Part shown: positions 24,697 through 38,964 of the stretch, piece by piece
Position numbering within the stretch: position 1 is the first letter of the stretch
Layout: the number at the start of each line of letters is the position of its first letter
Source: Octopus vulgaris
Taxonomy: Eukaryota
Length of the DNA: 64,000 nucleotides
Assembly (NCBI GenBank): GCA_951406725.2
Contig: OX597822.1
Location: 7,564,001-7,628,000, forward strand
Reading direction: 5' to 3'
Notes under the pieces: model-generated
The model's input: the letters and a program-made list of their open reading frames with translations, nothing else
Told to the model about the DNA's origin: nothing
The model's database searches: none
Made by a program: the position numbers and the translations under genes

Positions 24697-25516
24697 ATAT
24701 GATGCACCATCATATAACGTAGTCTGGGACTGGCATCGTCTTTTCAAATGCCCTAGGATATCGTTGGAAACTGCTCCTATTCCTGGACGGCCACATTCTG
24801 CCATAAATATCTGCATAACTATCTGCCAAATAGCACACGATGTAAAGATAATTGTAGGGTCCATGGAAAAAATCATTCCCGACCATTTACCCGTGTGGAA
24901 GTTGTCTGCAGGAGTCAATTACTTCCTTCCAGAATCATTTGGCAATCTACCAAGAAAACATGGAGAACACAGGATGAAACACGCTTCCATCACTATGTTC
25001 CTGAGACTAAAATCCAGTCAATAGAAGCATGATAGCTCACCACCTCCAAAGAAGGCTCTTGCCCAATCCTCGGTAGGCAAGATGATCCTCACAAGCTTTT
25101 GGGGTCAGCACTGGTTAGTGATGATGGATTTTCTGGCAAAGGTCATCATAATTAACGGAGCTTCAGAAATTGTGAGACGCCACTAAGACAAAGTTCAAGT
25201 TTACAAAACCCATGTCGCTCAGATATAAGCACACTCCTGTGGCTATGAAACCCTTCCTCATCTACTTTTTACTCCAGTTTCGCACTATCTGATCTCCATC
25301 TCTTTCTGAATATGAAGTCTTTTTTAAAGGAAAAGCACCTTTCGGATGACGATGAACTTATTTCCGAGGTGACGTCTTCGCTCCAGACGCAACCTACTGC
25401 CTTCTACAGACGAGGTCTTCGCAGATGGCTATATTGGGAGGGACCAATAATTGTGCAAATTTCCATTTCAGTCCTTGAGAAGCTTGTCAGGGACAATCTT
25501 TAATGAACAGCACTAG
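24697..25516 (+). mobile_element. Mariner transposase relic with internal deletions
   Basis: YDAPSYNVVWDWHRLFKC.RISLETAPIPGRP, DETRFHHYVPETK, PPPKKA...SVGKMIL, and SDLHLFLNMKSFLKEKHLSDDDEL. Confidence 0.82.
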
Positions 25517-25704
25517 CGCGTGTGTGTGTGTGTGTGTTTGTGTGTGTGTGTACATATAAATATATTTGTAGTGGGTATTTTAGTTAGGTTTGGTGATTTG
25601 GTATATTTACTTAAAGGGAGATTATGAATAATTGAAAGCAATTACATTCCTCATATTTCTTTTCTATATTTCTTATATTTGTAACAAAATCTTAAATCCG
25701 TATA

Positions 25705-26098
25705 TCTTTATATATAAAAGTAAGGTTGTGTGTCTGTCTCCTACGATTTAGATTCCTAACTACTCCCACATTTTGGGGTGCAGTTTAACCAAAAGCGGGT
25801 ATCTTATAGTCGTGATTCATATCGAGCCCTTCTGAGTATTAGCGCGCGACTACGATGAGTCTACGATTTTAAAAATAATTTACCATCATCTCTTTCCATT
25901 TTAATGCATTTGTTTTCGCTATTATATAGGGGAGGTAACTCTCTAAAAATGTCTACGATGAGTCAACGATTTAAAAAAAAATACCATCATTTTTTCCATT
26001 TTTTATGCCTTTTTTGCTATTTTTGGGCTATAACTCTCTAAAAATGCTTTATAGTTATTTCCCTTACAAACCCGAGCAACGCCGGGCGATACTGCTAG
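25705..26098 (+). mobile_element. Non-autonomous Helitron
   Basis: 5' A|TC start (atctttatatataaaag), 3' hairpin CCCG-agcaacgc-CGGG, then CTAG|T, with no TSD. A second copy is at 38581-38964. Confidence 0.8.
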
Positions 26099-29000
26099 TT
26101 AAACATGTATTAATCTATAATGAGTTATAATGTTGTCTAGATTTTAATATTAATTTTTCTCTAGGTATATTATCTTTTTATCGACGTTTACCTAAGTAAC
26201 GAATGTTGCATAATGTAGTTCATAGATTTTTAACATTTTTTTATGTTTTGCATTGGTGGAAGTATGTAATTCTGAAATGGAGCTAAGCATTAAATTATAA
26301 ATATATTCTGATATTATTAGCTTCGTTCCCCTATGGTAGTAGTAGATATTTTTCTAAGTATTTTCTATTGACATATTCATAATTCTTTGAGCCATTTTCG
26401 TGATGCTTTCTCGCTTGCAAATGTATAATGTCTGGAAATATGTGAAGTTCCTTTCTCATGTTTGATACATGTGACATATAAACAAAACAATTTTCTGACT
26501 AATTAGCGCAGCTGAATCATTATTGAATATAAAATTCTTTTTCAATCTTGTCAAAGTCAGATGTGCTTGAGTGAGGGATTCTTACTTTAAAGGAAATAAT
26601 TTTGTATATATTCCTTATTGTCTATGTGACCTCTTTATCGATGTTATTTATAATTAATACTTGGAACGTTCCCCATGAAACATTCTATTTTAAATATCTT
26701 GAACACTTATTCCGGGTTTTGTGTTTCTTTTTTGTACTTCTGTACTTTCTGTTCTTTACACCACTTTCATCACTATCAGCTTCATCCTCCTTTTCCGCAT
26801 TTTCTTCAGCATGTTCTTAAATTCAGCGTATAAAAGTTAATATAAAAGTTAATATAACAGAACAGAATTAGTGCAAGATGATATGCTTATCAAGAATGCA
26901 TTACTTTATGTTCAACTTGTAAAATCAAGTAACGCTGCCGTTGATATTTTGAACTTCCTACATTTCCTCGACTCTAAAGTTTATAGACTCGTGACAAAAT
27001 TATGTATGTTACTTGTAGTTAATCAATTCGATCGACTATTTAGTTTTTAGAATGCAGTTATATTATTGTGACAAGGATATAAATTATTATCAATATTGAT
27101 GCAATCAAATTAACAGAAGAAATATGCAAAATCGTCAGAGCGTCGCACAATAGGCTTTATTTTCTTTTCCCCGGCTCTTTACGTCAGGAATCACATACAG
27201 CCACGGTCATCTTTGTGTTTATTCCTTCCATGATGCAAAAGATAGAGGAACAATCTATCACAGTGTTCAATGTAATGATCGTATCCCATTTGTCAGTATT
27301 GCTGGCCTTGTGCTATATGAATGTTCCATACCAGTGAGAAAAACAATTATAAATTATTGATATTCAGTATCACATTTCTTTGAATCATATCATCCCTGTG
27401 TATTGTCTTTGTAGATTCATGGAACCAAGTTATTTGAGTCACATGAAAGCGCCATTCACACAACATATAGTGCTGTCGCTTTCGGTGGTGATCTTTATCA
27501 TTTGCTTCATTTTCCAAACAAGATTAAATATTTATAGATATTTATATTCTCTTTTCTTCGAATCTGCTGGCATACGCTAGCGGAACTTCTGTGATCTAGA
27601 AAACGTTTCCTCTACATTGTAACCATACTGACATTTTTCATAGAGAATATAAAGTAAAAGTTTATAAATCCCAAAGAGATGTATTCGTCCGGTGATATAT
27701 CATGTACCATCCATTATGAAGACAGAGAGCACGTAACCAGTCCCAAAACTGGGCATTATTAGTTTTTTCTCATATTGATATATTGCCATATTTAATGGTC
27801 CACAGTTTCCAGTACTTAAACACATAATGATCATTCAGCACTTAACTGGTTTTCGTTTATGTTTATTTCAAAACGCCGGTTCCTACACGCTTATAATTAT
27901 GATTTATACACTCTTTAATTCTAAGGTTTTTCAGCTGATTTCCAGTCGATATGTCTTCTATGTATGGGACAAGCAATCCATATAAGAATATCTATTTTTA
28001 GACTTCTTCCTCCAGGAGGACTGCATCTTGTTTGAAAAACACTTCTGTTTCTATATATTTTTTTCCTGTTGTTAACTTTATATATAAGATTCTCTTTATC
28101 TATCGAAGCTCGACCACTTCCTAATGCAATACGCATGTCACCTTAAACATCATTTGTACTCTCAACATTCCAACTATATGCAGTATACGCTGAAGTTATC
28201 GTGGATTAGGCCAAAATTTACTGTAACTCACTCGACAGTACATCTACTTTTGTCCCCTATCAAGTAAAGAATATTGTAGAATGTCTCCTAAAAATATTTT
28301 TCTAAATGCATATCTCTTAAGAATTTTAATTTATTAGTTTTTAACAATATCCCTTTTTCTTAAGTATAACCCAAGTTAGAATTTAATTTTATTTTATTCT
28401 ATTACGCCATCCATCATGAGGATCAAATCTTTATACACCTCAATTTAATTGAGCAATTCATAGTCGAGCAACTAGTTGCGGTTTCATTTCCTTCATATCG
28501 AATACAGACATTGCATATTGATAACGCTCCTTATTATGCTTACTGCTCTTATTAAAATGCATGAATTTTAAAATTTGAATTTGTGATCTCTGAAAAGGAA
28601 ATAATCTATATAAATTTTATGATGACAATTCTGACTGATATTCATAAATAATGTGGTCAGAACAGAATCGATGCACTGCCATACAAACCTAAACGTAAGG
28701 AATCTACATAAAAATAACGTAATATTTTCTTTCACATACCATTTATCGCTTATTATCGAAAGTCCCCAAGGTTTCAGAATCGCATAAGACAAATATATAT
28801 GACGAACCGTTTAAAAACAGTACACTAGAGCCATAACGGTATGTTGTACTAATACACTCAGATGTTCCATGTGTATCATTAATTCCATTTATAGAATTTG
28901 AGGTACACCGATTTCTTATGGATCTTTGTAGTGTACAATGTTATTGCAATAATTTTTTTACGGTCGTAGACATTATAATTGCTACTGTAATGATTCAATG

Positions 29001-30172
29001 ATACTTGCCTGCGGTTATCGAATTTGGTTGATCGATTGTAATTTATCCATGACGAGAAGCACTAAGATGCCCTCCATGAAAAATATAGTGGGCTTGACCA
29101 ACCACTTGGTTTTCATTTGTGGGACATATTTGCAGTTATCTAATCGACAAATGCGTTTTATTGAAGAGCCTCCCATAAATGTTTCTTTCATAGACACTTT
29201 CCAAAACTTTCCAAATTAATATTTAAAAATTATATCCAGATATATATTTCAATGTTTATGCTATAGGCATTGCCGTTTTGCACTTTTGTACGGCTACTCG
29301 GCATACCGACACTCCACTCAATGTAATCAAAACAGACACCTTTTTAGTCATATCTCTTGTTCTCGTGATTATCAGACAGACTTCCTAAAGTTCTAAATCG
29401 AAGAAGTTTCAGAGAGAAGAGGCAATAGATTCTCAGTATTTAAGAGCATAACTGCCTCATATTATAAAGTACCGTGTTGTCCTCTATCATCATTTGTCTC
29501 CCTCTAAATCCATGGTGGTATATAAATAAATTATTTAAGATCGTAAAATCATCATCATCATTTTTTTCACTCAGGTCCGGTCTTATTCCTGCTAGGATGT
29601 GTGTGTGGGTAGCGCGTAAGCTTAGATATCTACAATTTTTCAGCAGTGATTCAAGTGCATAGAACCCTCCTGATAACACCTGCTGTCCCTAAGCGATAAG
29701 CGCCATGTAGGAGCTCTACAGAGCGTTCTATTCCAATCTCTTTCAGCCATTTGTCTATAACATTACTTTTTGTTCCCCTCGCACCAAATTTTTGGGGGCA
29801 CGACTTTTATAATTTTCATCCTCCAAATTCTTCATATTTCGTATTTTAATGGATTGAAATTTTCTCATCCTATTTCCTTTCGATCTTGGAGTCAAACACG
29901 CATGGTGCGTTGAAATTAGTATTATTAATAGTAGTAGTAGTATAAGTATAAAGGTGGCTTAGCCGGATTTATTCACACTCAATGCGCTCTGTGCTCATAT
30001 CCTGCCAATGTCAACCTTATCCTTCATCCGTTTGCGTTCTGTGTCTCAAGACTTACTCTTTCGCATAAATTTCATGGTCATACTCCTAAATCTTAAAAAT
30101 TAATATAATTATCACCTAGATTGTAGGAGTGACAGTTGAAGCAGCAGGAAGAGAAGCAGCAGCAGCAGCAAC

Positions 30173-30212
<40 letters not shown>

Positions 30213-32039
30213 ATGCCAAACTTGAATGAGCACACCATATATTCTATCTAAGGAGTAATCAGACCACAAGAGACAAAGGTACCTTTATTAAAGTCCGTTG
30301 ATCTTTAAGTCAAATTTGTATTATATTTAGTGCGTGTAGTGTAATGAAAATATATTGTTATTATTTGCCACATGTATTCCATTGGTACCAAACTTACTCA
30401 TACTGTAAGTTCATAATTTGCAAAATTGACCTTGTATACGTAAGAACGTATTTAAGTGCTGAATATTTCGCCATGAATCGCAATATACTTTCTTGCTTCT
30501 TTTATTGCCTTTTGTTGGTTTATATAATAATGTGCCCTTCGTTTTATACTACAGCAGGTGAAAATATATGGGAGGCTAAACAGCAACCTCCACTTCAGAG
30601 AACTACCCCCTACAAGCGTACTGGGTGTTTGAAATCGTTTTATATTTCACTTGTACGTGGTGACTTTGCATCCCATCATCTATCTCTTTCATATTCTTAT
30701 CGTGTCCACATCTCTCTATTCAAATGATCAAATGAGTTGAATATTTCACTATGCGTGTGGTTGTAATGGCAACAGTAATTCAGTATTAATATTTTATAAT
30801 TAATTTCGTTTTCAAATATATTTTCCCCAAGTCAACACGCAAATATTTTATTTGATGGTTGTTGAATTTATTCCTGAGATTGTAGTATACCGCAGAACAG
30901 AGTCATACGTCTCGTAATAAGTTTCTCGAAGTTTAACATGCATTAGTTCATAGTTAGTCCACTTGCTGGTAAAATTTCCTGCTCAGAGCCTCAAAAGAAA
31001 TTCAGAAAGTGCATGCATTTCATTTTCACTGAAGCAAAACCTCCGGAGACATCGCCCCTATAAAAAAATATAACGTTTAACATATTCTCATCATGACGTG
31101 TTTTGGGGGCAGGAAATTGATGAATATCCACATCGATAATTTAAATGACCATTTTTAACAGTATTATAATATAATTTTGCTGGGAGAATGCATAAATGTT
31201 ATTCGCCAGACCTTCTTATACATAACTGCGATACACATATGTACTGTCATTGATATTACCGACTGATAATATAGATTTTCCCATAAGTATAGAACAATTT
31301 CTTATTTGGATTTTCTATTTCCTTTTGTTATATTTTTACAGAATTAATTCATATTTATTTCATATATTCAAATACAACATCGTCCGTTGTTTTGTATTTA
31401 CTGTTTTTCTCTAGGGTGCTCTGGTGTCATCGGATTCATTTTATTTGTTTCTCAAGGGGCAATGTTTTAATTATTTATGTCTGTCTGGTATACAAATATT
31501 ATGCCGTGTATTGCTTTGTGATTCAAACACTTAAAATGATATATTTTGTATGCGTCTCATTTTAAAAACGTGTATGATACAGTATATTTTTTTATTGTTA
31601 CTACTATCATTCTGTTTACACAGTCATTTTGAAATACCTATTTATTTCTTCTTAGAGAAGAATGTGTCTGGAAAATCATATATGATATTCAAGATTAACA
31701 AAGATTGTGCACTAAAAATATGTACGTATCACTCTATAACAATATCTAGAATATTTCTTAAAAAGTATCCTCAGTTTTGTCAGTTTTTACTCAGGAACAA
31801 CTTCCCGCGATTAATGGCGTGACATACTAAACTACATACATATTTCGAAACTATTATATATTGTTTTCGATGATATAATGTTCTTTATCTACTAGACTAC
31901 TGATCTAAGCACTGCACAGCCAATATTATATTCAACTGCAGTGTACTTCTGAAATTTTTCGTTTATTACATTTACTTTGATATGTCAATGAAGTGGTGAA
32001 CCATCATTATAGTTGTCAAGTAGTGAAAAGATGAGTGCA

Positions 32040-33270
32040 AATTTCACCACAATCCACCTATAATTCCTTGGAATACTTGAGGCAGAGTGAATAAAGCAAA
32101 ATCACATGAAGGAAAAGGCCAAAAGAGAGTAGCTGGCGTGAGTGAGGACAACATTGCCTTCAAAGCTGAATGTCAGAAATATTATTTCGGCAATAGACTC
32201 GCACGTAATCGTAGTAGTTCGGTAAGGCGCTCGAATCCTGAAATCGACAGAGGAGGAGCTAAAGGTGATGTACAGGAAGTGAAAGAACCTCATAAAGATG
32301 CATCGACTCTATCATCCACCTGCAGACGCCCATTGCTTATACATGAAGAGCGTAAATGGGGGAATGATACTGATGGGTGGTCGCATTCCATGCGTATCGA
32401 AGTCGAGAGCGTAATGAGATACCTAGTCCAAAGTAAGGAAACATTGCTAGTGACAGTCAGGAATGAGAGAGTATTGATAGCTTATTGACCGGAAACTATC
32501 AAGCCAGTGTGAGAAAAAGTGGTGTAGACCCAAAGTACCAATATTGCAACAAAGTGATTGAAACCTAATCTCTGTTTTAGCATCTGTAGAATACAAATCA
32601 AGACATGACAGAGTTGGCCAATGTCTACATTGGATAATGTGTTGTCATTATAAAATGAAACCTACTGACAAATGGTAGAAGCGGCACCCTGAGTTTAAAA
32701 CTGAGGGAGAAAATGTGACAATTCTTTGTGACTTTCTAGTATGTACAGACCGGACCATCAAGGCAAATAATCGATGTTGCTGTAAAAGTCCAAAAGTCAG
32801 TTTATTGATTGATCTGACCATACCCTGTGACCATAATATTTTTCAGCAAAAGAATTCGATAAGCTCAGAAAATATGAAGAGTTGCTGATCGAAATTGAAA
32901 AGATGTGGCATTCAAAGATGGTTACAATACCAGTGATGTTAGGAGCACATGGAATAATAAAAAAAAGGAATTACAAATTATTTACGAATGATCCCTGGCT
33001 TGCGATCCATGCAGGAAATGCAACAGGCTGTTTTAACTGGTACGTGTCACGTACTGAGAAGAGTATTGTGGATGTGAATTTTCTTGCTTTTCTTCTAATT
33101 TTATTTGGTCACTTTTTCCCCTTTTCTCTCTGTCTTTCTTCCGCTTTTTCTCTTACACATGGTTTTATGTGTTTATTTTAGTTTACCAATATATGAATTG
33201 CGCTTCTCTGCCCTCGGTGTAGGAGAAGACACTCGGCAAGAATTGGAAACGGAATTGAAAGAAAATGATA
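32040..33270 (+). mobile_element. R4/Dong-type LINE 3' half (zinc-knuckle remnant, REL endonuclease, 3' UTR), decayed
   Basis: YKSRHDRVGQCLHWIMC, IL(C)DFLVCTDRTIKAN, LIDLTIPCDHNI, and KEFDKLRKYEELLIEIEKMWH..VTIPVMLGAHG. It ends in (GAT)n(AAT)n. Confidence 0.8.
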
Positions 33271-33279
33271 ATGAAAATA

Positions 33280-33344
<65 letters not shown>

Positions 33345-33347
33345 AAA

Positions 33348-33405
<58 letters not shown>

Positions 33406-33427
33406 GTAATAATAATAATAATAATAA

Positions 33428-33923
33428 CCAGAAAAGGTCACAGAAAACGAGAAAGCAACCATACTCTGGGATATGCCGATACACACAGATAGAGAAATTA
33501 AGGCCAACAGGACCAGATATAGTTGTCAGAGATCATGAAGAAAAAATATGCTTTCTAATTGATGTATCAATACCAGCAGATGACAACGTGTCTCTAAAAG
33601 AAATGGAGAAACTTTCAAAATACAAACACCTGGAAATACAGGTAACCAGAATGTGGAAACTAAAAACAGAAACAATTCATATCATAGTAGGTGAATTAGG
33701 CATGATAAAAAATATTCAGACAAATACATAACAAAAACAATAGGACTCACAAACATACATAACATACAGAAAATTGCACTACTAGACACTGCACACATCC
33801 TCCGCAGAACACTTTCCATACAATAACCATCAGAGCATCACAACAAATCACAGCACATACCCAAGGCACACAGAGCTGCGCTCGGTAGTGAAGTGAAAGC
33901 ACGCTATAAAAATAAAACTACAG
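33428..33923 (+). mobile_element. 5'-truncated R4/Dong-type LINE (REL domain plus 3' UTR) embedded in (AAT)n
   Basis: TILWDMPIHTDREIKAN, then (frameshift) PDIVVRDHEEKICFLIDVSIP.DDNVSLKEMEKLSKYKHL..RMW..KTETIHIIVGELG (PD...D REL motif). (AAT)n arrays lie on both sides. Confidence 0.88.
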
Positions 33924-33986
33924 AATAATAATGATAATAATAATATTAATAATAATGATAATAATAATAATAATAATAATAACAAC

Positions 33987-34075
<89 letters not shown>

Positions 34076-34184
34076 CATTAATAATTCACCAAGCTGCTTC
34101 TCTTTCTCCAACTACTTCCTCTAACCCTCACATATTTATCATTTTCTCAAGTACAAAACAAAAGTCGGAACTAAGCAACATTTA

Positions 34185-34582
34185 AGAAAACTGTACAGTA
34201 GTAGGAGCAAAGATGGCATCTCAAAACGGTTACAATGCCAATTATTGTACGAGCACTTGAGATGATCTAAACAGGAACTGAATATTACTTAAGAATGATC
34301 CCCAGATTACCATCCATGCAAAAGTGCAAAAAATTGTCTTAACTGGTACGTCACACGTCTTGAGAAGAGCATCGTCTTTGTGAATTTTCCATTTTTGCTC
34401 TCTATTTTCTTTGTTTACTTTTATATCACTTTTTCCTGTTGATTTTGTAAATAAACAACCTGGTGTGTTTGTTTCAACGGCCTACAGATATATACAGTGC
34501 CTTTCTCTGCACTAGGTGTCTGGAGGTCATTCGGCAAGAAAATGAAACAATTGAAGGAAGAGGATAATGAAAATGATAATAT
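34185..34582 (+). mobile_element. Short 3' end of an R4/Dong-type LINE, same family as 32040-33270
   Basis: Shares ttaactggtacgt.tcacgt..tgagaagag and the ctctgc.ct.ggtgt...tcggcaagaa 3' UTR with 33030-33260. Confidence 0.75.
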
Positions 34583-34691
34583 GCTTCTAATTAACGAACC
34601 GATAACGCAAGCAACTAGCAGAGAAAGAACGGCGGACGGATAATCACAAATACTATGAAATAGTTGAATTAGGTGTTTCACACACGCACAC

Positions 34692-34738
<47 letters not shown>

Positions 34739-35299
34739 CTACTATGCAATACCTCTTCCAAATGACACAAGATTAAACTCATATTCTAAATACCGAACGA
34801 AATGGACAAAGTAGGCAGTAACACAACAAAAGAATATGACCTGTGCTGCACAAAAAACACACAATATAAAAACTAATACTGCAGAAGATTGAAATAAATC
34901 TCCGTAACAAAACCTACTGATACAATACTATATCCCCACCTCCAAGAAATGCAGCAGACACTCCCCCACTAGCACAAAGGTCCAACAAATGATGCGAAAG
35001 AAAGTTGCTTGAAACTTTCAGACGCCGAAATGTAGCTGGTGATGATGAGGATTAGGAACGTTACCTTAACTCAGTTTATGAGAGACAAGGAGTTTCTGAA
35101 GAACCTCTGGTTGCGAAAAGGAAGTTGGACTTTAACGAAACTCCATTCCCTCGGCAGTGGTTTAGTAAAGATGCAGACTGACCACAGCTGTTATCCTAAG
35201 ACAGCATCAGCACATATTAGAGTAAGGAGAAGGTAGTGGACCAGCGAAGAAAACAGCGGACAGTGATGCAGGTGATCAAACTAATGCTATTAGGAGAAG

Positions 35300-37200
35300 A
35301 AAGTAGATGACAGAATTGGAGGTAGACAAAACTGAAAGTAGCGAATTGAAAAAGAAAGACCAGACAGTGGGAAAGACAAACAACAACATAACAGATACAG
35401 CTCAAACCAAAGAAGTACATAACAGAGAAAATAATAATAGCGCTGCCAATAAAGAAAGAGCAACTGACACCAGTAACTTAAGTGATTTAATAGAGGAAGA
35501 TCAGAAAATTCTAGATGAGTTGAAGGAAGTAATAAGGAAAGAAGTAAGAAAAAGACTGCCAGCATTAAGAGGCACCAACAACAGGAATCTGCTAGAAATG
35601 ACTCGGAAAGTAGATTCTGTTATCAGTAGAAGATACTAAAAATATAGGAGTCACTAACTTATTGATCTATGCAGCAGGGGTAGTAATCACGAGAAGAAAA
35701 GATATCACATAGGGAAAGATTAAGAAAGAAGAAATGTGGAAAAGGAGACTAGAAAATAAAATGAAGACTTTAAGGCAAGATTTGAATAGAATAGAAGCTT
35801 GGAAATCAAACACGTTAGGAAACACAGAATGCAAATATGCCCTCCAGAAAAGATACTTCGTCAAAGAGAAAAGATTTGGGATTGTAATAGAAGAGTTGAA
35901 ACAGTATTTTGTAGCAGTAGCAGGTAAGGTCTCCAGACCTCAGAGGAAAACAGATCAGTATCCACAGAAACTGATCTCTACTGAGATTGGATAACTAGAG
36001 GGAGTACATTATGTAGGATAAGGGCAAGGGCAATATCGCTTGCAACTATAGACCAACCACTTACTTACCCATGAGTGTAGACGTTGTTAACAGGAATGCT
36101 TTTAGAAAGCATTTGTAAGCACCTCAACAACCAGAATTTACTACCAGAAAACAAGAAAGGTTGCAGGAAGAAAGCTAGAAGAACGCATGATATGTTATAT
36201 ATAGACAAAGCAGTTCTAAATGAAGTTAAAGCTAGAAAGAAGAATCCAACACTAGATGGGCAGATTATATCAAAGCATATGATATAATGCCATACTCATG
36301 GATAAATGAATGCTTGAGTATACTCAGTATAGCAGACAACATAAGAGATAGCTATATCATGAAGGATTGGAAAGTATATGTCTACTCCGGTAACACTCTC
36401 TTAGGGTAAGTTAATATATAAAAAAAAAAATTCCCAGAAGCACTTGTAGTCCCCTTTAACAGTTGTCTTATGTTTGATCCCACTCAATTTAGTATTAAGG
36501 AAGGCAAAGGCAGGATATTAGTTCAGAAATTGTAAGGGAAAAATTAACCAATTGCTTTACATAGATGCTCTAAAGCTTTTTACAAGAATGAAAGAGACAG
36601 ATTCCTTAATATAGACTCTAAGACTCTTCATCAAAATACAAGCATGGAATTTGGCATAGATAAATGTGCAATAATAGTCACGGGAAGGAGATAGTTAGTC
36701 AATAGCGAAGGCATCCAATTACCAGGTGGCCAGACATTAAAATCATTGACAGGTGGAGAGTGTTATCACTATCTAGTAATATTAGAATCTGACAAATTAC
36801 TATCTGTAGAAATGAAAGCGAAAATTGAGGAGTAAATCCGTAGGTTGAGGGAGCTCTTTAAGTCAAAGTTAAATGGCCCGAATCTAGAGAAGTCTGCAAA
36901 TACTTGGGCAGTATCCTTACTTAGATGCTCAGCAGCTTTTACAGATTAGACAGAAACTGAATTAGCAAAGCTAGCCAGGAGAACTAGAAACGAATTCAAT
37001 ATAGATAGAAGACTTCATCCAAGGGCAGGAGTGGCCTATATAGAATGTAAGATGGAAGGAGGTAAATATCAGTGGATGAATGTGTGGAGTTAGCTAGATT
37101 AGACGTGGAGGTAAAAGTAAAGAAACTTTTTCAAAAGCTGCCAGAGTCACAGCAAAACCGGGAAACCAAAAACGCAAAGGAAGTTAAAAACCAGATAAAA
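35300..37200 (+). mobile_element. R4/Dong-type LINE ORF (N-terminus plus RT), internally deleted pseudogene
   Basis: WKRRLENK...LRQDLNRI, NYRPTTYL, LLPENKKGCRKKARRTHDMLYIDKAVLNEVK, WADYIKAYD, INQLLYIDALKLF, MEFGIDKCA, KSKLNGPNL...NTWAVSLLR. Confidence 0.88.
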
Positions 37201-38580
37201 AATTAGAAATTATCTGACTCGTTTATTTAGGTAGAAACACTAAATCCTCGTCCTTTTCCCTGACAATATACGCATACATACATATACGTGTGTATATATT
37301 TATTTATATACATATCTACAGAACTTTCTCTTTTTATGTATACATAAATACATACATACATGTGTGTGTATGTGCGTGTGCGTGTTGTTGTACAGACATA
37401 CGCCTACATACAAACGTATGTTCACACACATATACATTATGTAAACGGATGGTAGCTTTCAATATACTATTTAGCTTAATCTCAGATTTCTTCTACTGCT
37501 ATGCACATATTACAGCTTTAGAAACTAGCTACGTAGAATATTGAATAAAATACTAACGGACTCCTCCATATTAGAACTATATCATTAATCTCAAATCAAC
37601 ATTGACAATAGAGTTGAATTAAATAAGAAATCAATGCATCTATCTGATCGTAAATAAGAACGATGTATGTGGCTGTGCTAACTAACTATTTTACATCGAC
37701 ACAAAGGCAGTGGGATGGCGGTGCCAATATCGATAAAGCCTGAATTTCGTCCTTATTATCTGGATTTCAAAAGCTAATGTAAAGAAAAGCATGGCATCTT
37801 GGTAGCCAAGTATGTGGAATGTAACGCTTTAAATCTTAAAAGTACGTGCTAAATTGATTTTTATTGAAGATAAACCGTGACATGATATAAAGACCAGTTA
37901 ATGATTATATCTAGAGGAAATAGAGACACATTATTCTCGCTTTTCTGTTAAGCTAATGGAAAGTTTTGACAATACTTGTCCTGCGGTCCACGTCGAAGAC
38001 ACACTGTAGAATAGAATGAGGAAAACCTTGAAATAGATTATAAGACTGCGGTGTATGATGTGTATGTGCATTCACATGTGAGTACACAGGCATTCACACA
38101 TACACACACACACACACACATATATATATATTATGAGGGCGCATGGCCTAGTGCTTGGGGTGTTGTAACTTTTCACTGTCTAAAATAATCATACCTTGTC
38201 TTTGATGACGGAATTTCCTGTGCGGGGATATGCTAACCTACCCCTTGGCTTATCTCAGAAACCGCTGCGTGACTTCAATTAATCTCACCCTAATTAAATT
38301 GTTCTAAATGAGTTGACATACACAGTCTCCCTCGGTTTTGGTTTTTCCTCTAATATAGTATACACCTGCAATACCGAAATCGTACCACGAATTCCTTGAT
38401 CCATCATTAGCTGTTATCTTGGAACCTAATGGTCGACCAACTATAGCACTTACTCAGCCAACCTATTAATTTAGATCACAATTGAACTAAACTCCTCATA
38501 TACTACACACACACACACGCACGCACGCACGCACACGTACACGCAGACACACACTAATATATACATATATATATATATAG

Positions 38581-38964
38581 TATATATAAAAGTGAGGTTG
38601 TGTGCGGTCTGTCTCCTACGATTTAGATTCCTAACTACTCCCACATTTTGCGGTGCAGTTTAACCAAAACCGGGTATCTTATAGTCGTGATTCATATCGA
38701 GCCCTTCTGGGTATTAGCGCGCGTCTACGATGAGTCTACGATAAAAAAAAATTACCATCAATTTTTCCCATTTTAATGCATTTTTGGCATATATAAGGGA
38801 AGTAACTCTCTAAAAATTTATTATTAAATCTCAGAACGTAAAGAGCTACAGTACCCCCCCTTGTGGTTAGCCATAATGAGATGGCTATTATACTTTACAT
38901 CTCTAAAAATGCTTATATAGTTATTTCCCTTACAAACCCGAGCAACGCCGGGCGATACTGCTAA
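38581..38964 (+). mobile_element. Non-autonomous Helitron, copy 2
   Basis: The first ~230 bp and last ~65 bp match 25705-26098. The hairpin cccgagcaacgccggg is followed by ctaa, a variant of ctag. Confidence 0.78.

Noticed and set aside
30344-30727. 127-aa ORF as a possible host exon
   Set aside because: No recognisable domain and no convincing pair of splice sites.
33105-33731. 208-aa ORF with poly-D/poly-N as a host protein
   Set aside because: It is a chance read-through of a LINE 3' UTR, microsatellites and a REL endonuclease fragment.
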